A DNA stretch of 20,000 nucleotides from an uncultured virus (IMG/VR IMGVR_UViG_2061766007_000627) (Duplodnaviria; Heunggongvirae; Uroviricota; Caudoviricetes), in IMG/VR virus record IMGVR_UViG_2061766007_000627, one strand, 5' to 3'. Every line of letters begins with the position of its first letter. The first letter of the stretch is position 1. Shown in pieces: positions 16,802-20,000 of this stretch. A program made the position numbers and the translations under genes. The notes beneath the pieces are model-generated. The model saw only the letters and a program-made list of their open reading frames with translations. It was not told where the DNA came from and searched no databases.

Positions 16802-17848
16802 ATGATATTTTTAACAGAAGAGAAAAAAGGAGAACTCATATCACAAGCCAAGAAGGGTGCTAATTATAAAGATACCTCAAAAGGCAAGAATAGATATGAG
16901 CGAAGAACTAAATCAAAACTTGCTTCTTCAGTAAAGCATTTTAACAGTATTGATATGGACAAATTGTTCAAGTCTGATATTTTAGATGTTAATATTGATG
17001 TTACTGGGGAAACCAATACTTATGTTGTTCGCATTTCTTACTCTGGTTTTCTTGATGAGTTACACAATTTTATGGTCACGAGAAAGTTGACTAGTGTTGA
17101 TAGAAAAACTATTGCACAGGCACTTTCTCGTGCCTTTAACAATTATGATGTGTACTTTAACTGCACATGTCCTGACTTTAGATATAGACACGCATATAAT
17201 GCAACGCAAAATGACAATCTTATCGGTGACCCAGAAGCAAGACCCATAAGAGCCGATGTTTGGCACGCAGGCGGTTTATCTGCCGCTAACTATGATGGTT
17301 CTCGTGGACCAATTTGCAAGCATATTACATTGGCACTTAAAGACACATCTTGGCTTATTCGTGTAGCAAGTGTGATTTTCAATTACATTAATTACATGAA
17401 AGACCATTATGAAAGAGATTATCAGAAGCATATTTATCCTGCAATTTATCAAGAGCCATATCCTGATGATGAAGTCCAACTCGATTTAACAGATATTGAA
17501 GTAGAGCCGACTGAAACAGAAGAAGGGATTGATTTAGCAGAATATCAAGAAATTGTTGATGACGATTTAGCAAATAATGGTGGAAGATTATCAACTACTA
17601 CTAGGGCGTTGATAGATGATGCTGGATTATCTTTACAAAAACAATCCGATGGCTCCTTTATCGTCAGAGGAAACAGACTTGCTAACACAAAGGCAAATGT
17701 TCGCAGGCAGGAACTTGATAAAGTAAATGATTTAGCAAGAGAGAAAGGCAAGTTCAAAGCGGGTAACGAGTTTAGGTTTAAGAAGAATACTAATCCTACT
17801 GATGACCAGCAGAGAATTGATATAGACAATTTATTTGGAGAAGAGTAA
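16802..17848 (+). CDS. SWIM-type Zn-finger protein
   Basis: CTCPDF...CKH motif (CxC-xn-CxH), N-terminal MIFLTEE, acidic C-terminal half. Confidence 0.75.
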   Translation: MIFLTEEKKGELISQAKKGANYKDTSKGKNRYERRTKSKLASSVKHFNSIDMDKLFKSDILDVNIDVTGETNTYVVRISYSGFLDELHNFMVTRKLTSVDRKTIAQALSRAFNNYDVYFNCTCPDFRYRHAYNATQNDNLIGDPEARPIRADVWHAGGLSAANYDGSRGPICKHITLALKDTSWLIRVASVIFNYINYMKDHYERDYQKHIYPAIYQEPYPDDEVQLDLTDIEVEPTETEEGIDLAEYQEIVDDDLANNGGRLSTTTRALIDDAGLSLQKQSDGSFIVRGNRLANTKANVRRQELDKVNDLAREKGKFKAGNEFRFKKNTNPTDDQQRIDIDNLFGEE

Positions 17849-18220
17849 ATGGATAGTAGGTATTTATTTGAAGCCGTAGACATAAATGATATTCCAGAAG
17901 AAAACAAGAATGGAAATTGTTTTGTGGTTGCACTGAACAAGTTTATGGAAAAACCCTATCAGTATACTCTCGTTCATGGTGTAGTTACTGGGCAGGGAGC
18001 GATTGAAGGATTGCAATACTGTCATGCTTGGGTAGAAGATGGAAACACAGTTATTGATATGACACTTCCTGTGCATATGAGAAAATTCCCTAAAGAAGTT
18101 TATTATGCTATTGGCAAGATTGACATCACACGCAAGTACTCAGGAAAAGAAGTATTGGATATGGTAGAAAAATATATGACTTACGGACCTTGGGATAAGG
18201 TGTTCGAGAGATATTATTAA
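17849..18220 (+). CDS. transglutaminase/papain-like Cys-His-Asp fold protein
   Basis: GNCF, LVHG, HAWVE and VIDMT motifs in the expected order. Confidence 0.7.
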   Translation: MDSRYLFEAVDINDIPEENKNGNCFVVALNKFMEKPYQYTLVHGVVTGQGAIEGLQYCHAWVEDGNTVIDMTLPVHMRKFPKEVYYAIGKIDITRKYSGKEVLDMVEKYMTYGPWDKVFERYY

Positions 18221-18522
18221 TGGAGATTGATGTGGCAAGCAAAAGAAGATTAAGGCAGTTAAGAGAAGAATTGTCTGAAAAAGAAATAAATGAACTGTAC
18301 ACGGCAGTTAGCGATTGGATATATGACCAATTAGACATGAGTATTGATACTCAAATTTTAGAATTAGTGACTGATACCTTTGCAGATTCTGGATATGACC
18401 CTTCCTGGTGTACATCAGATGTTTATAACTGGATTGATGCAGATGCTTTTGATAAGCTAGCAGATAGTATTGTTGATGCTTTGTTTGAAAATGCCCCTTA
18501 TGATTTATATTACGGAGATTAA
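18220..18522 (+). CDS. acidic hypothetical protein (100 aa)
   Basis: TAATG overlap with the upstream gene. Confidence 0.7.
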   Translation: MEIDVASKRRLRQLREELSEKEINELYTAVSDWIYDQLDMSIDTQILELVTDTFADSGYDPSWCTSDVYNWIDADAFDKLADSIVDALFENAPYDLYYGD

Positions 18523-18525
18523 AGA

Positions 18526-19843
18526 ATGAAGAAGAAATCAAATTCGATAGTAGAAAGTATGTACAGCAAGTATACAATTCCTACTGGTAAAAACATAAGG
18601 CAGACCTTAAAAGAATCTATGCAAGAAATAGATAGGAAGTACTTTGCTTCTCTTAACAAAGAGGGAGATGGTCACTATTATATTTTAGTAGATGGTACTT
18701 ATGAGAAAGATTTTTATGCCGATTCCGATGAGGAAGCTAAAAAGAAATTTCAGCAATATTTAAGAAAGAATGAATCTTTATCATTAAAAGAATCTGAATC
18801 TATACGCTATTGTTCCCATTGTGATAGCAAAGTAGATATTGATGATTGTGATACTGACAGTTTTTGGACAAATTATGGCGATAGGGTAGTTTATCATATT
18901 TGTCCCGTGTGCGGTGAAAGTGTAGAAGATTTTTCTTTGGATGATGGCTTTGATGAATTTAATTATGACGATGATTTAGATGAATCTCTTATGGAAGCAA
19001 GAAATCCAGAGCATGAAAAAGCTAATGAGATTATCAGAAAAAAGAAAGACTATTCTACTTTAAGTAAAGAGGAAAAAGAAGAGCTTAAAAAATTTGGAAT
19101 AGACCCCTCTACAATGCACTTCGATTCTCGTTGGTATAATAGAATGATGCTTGGTCCAAATGGTAAGCATTTAACAGCAGATGATATAGATGGCGCAGAA
19201 GATGCTTTTGATTACGNNNNNNNNNNNNNNNNNNNNNNNNNNNNNNNNNNNNNNNNNNNNNNNNNNNNNNNNNNNNNNNNNNNNNNNNNNNNNNNNNNNN
19301 NNNNNNNNNGCTCAAAAAAGAAAACTGGCGGCAATTCAGGCGGCGAAAGAAAAACATCAAAAGAAAAATGAATCTTTATCACTAACTGAAAGCAATGGTT
19401 CCAATATTAGAGTTGCTGATTTAGTACAAATTATTCCTGTAGACACTAAGGTTATAATTAAAGATGTAGGTAGAAATGAAATAGTTTTTACAGGTATTGT
19501 TGGAATTGATGATTTTATACAGTTTAAATTTGAGCCAGTATATGAAGTATATCCATTAGAAGATTATGAGTTGTGTGTTGAAATAGAGGCTCAGGCTTTG
19601 AAAGAGTCTGTGTCTGTAACTGAAAAATTATCAGATGAGGAAAAACAGGCAAGAAAAGAGTGGCGTATATTTTCTAAAATANNNNNNNNNNCTTGGAATC
19701 AAAAACAAAGAGATGCGTTTTGTGATAGAGTGGCGCAAGAATTTTTAAAGAAAGTTCCGAATCCGACTGCTATGTTTTTAGATTGGTTAGTCGATGAAAA
19801 TTTCCATTCTCAAGCAAGAGCATTTGATAGACTACTTAAATAA
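18526..19843 (+). CDS. modular polyprotein-like protein with Zn-ribbon and EARNP module; probably one gene across N-gaps 19217-19309 and 19682-19691
   Basis: ORFs 18526..19371 and 19190..19843 join across the gap. The post-gap AAKEKHQKKNESL matches AKEKHAAKKKNESL in the paralog at 15826. Contains a CSHC...CPVC Zn ribbon. Confidence 0.7.
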
Positions 19844-19949
19844 TTTTTATAGAGGGTAATAATTAATTATATCTTTACATACAGTAAAATTTGCGATTGA
19901 AAATCTCACATAAGATAACTTGAAATTGATTGAGTAAACAAAGATAACC

Positions 19950-19979
19950 TACATTATGTTATAATGTAATTGCTAAATT
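19950..19979 (+). promoter_or_regulatory. extended -10 (TGTTATAAT, 19957-19965) within palindrome TACATTAT-GTT-ATAATGTA, followed by TGCTAAATT
   Basis: Read directly from the sequence. It is followed by an RBS-like AAGGTGAG (19986-19993) and a probable start codon at the window edge. Confidence 0.5.
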
Positions 19980-20000
19980 TAACATAAGGTGAGATTCTAT

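Noticed and set aside
170..19360. Minus-strand ORFs in the track, including the GGS- and GSPGSV-repeat ORFs, plus alternate-frame + ORFs (3168, 3619, 14284, 16238)
   Set aside because: They are shadows of well-supported + strand genes or of their repeats, with no recognisable motifs.
19217..19371. Two overlapping genes 18526..19371 and 19190..19843
   Set aside because: The frame change occurs across a 93-N gap, and similarity to the paralog indicates a single gene.
1..20000. Stop-codon reassignment (TAG or TGA recoding, as in some gut phages)
   Set aside because: Long genes are intact under code 11. TAG and TGA stops (1149, 2333, 3466, 6767, 7078, 9399) are followed closely by new genes, and extending the TAG-ended frames checked gives no sensible fusions.

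Overview
An AT-rich, densely coding, entirely + strand segment of a large T4-like (myovirus, probably jumbo) phage genome. It uses the standard genetic code and contains four scaffold N-gaps. It carries a virion morphogenesis module: gp13-like and gp14-like neck proteins, a gp15-like tail terminator, tail sheath and tail tube. Interleaved with these are unusual cargo genes: a MoxR-type AAA+ ATPase / HExxH metallopeptidase / Pro-Glu-repeat / VWA (MIDAS) cluster, a BspA-type LRR protein, an extended ArdA anti-restriction protein, a SWIM Zn-finger protein, a transglutaminase/papain-like Cys-His-Asp protein and several acidic modular proteins. The most striking pattern is that many non-structural ORFs begin with a short leader ending in (L/I/V)-x-E. 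Several also have internal (L/I)xE-(S/A/G) linkers, some conserved at DNA level, at domain boundaries. This suggests, by inference, capsid-packaged polyproteins processed by the prohead protease and possibly injected as cargo. AGGAG-type RBSs, ArdA and BspA-type LRRs weakly suggest a Firmicutes host. All product calls rest on motif recognition, not database searches.
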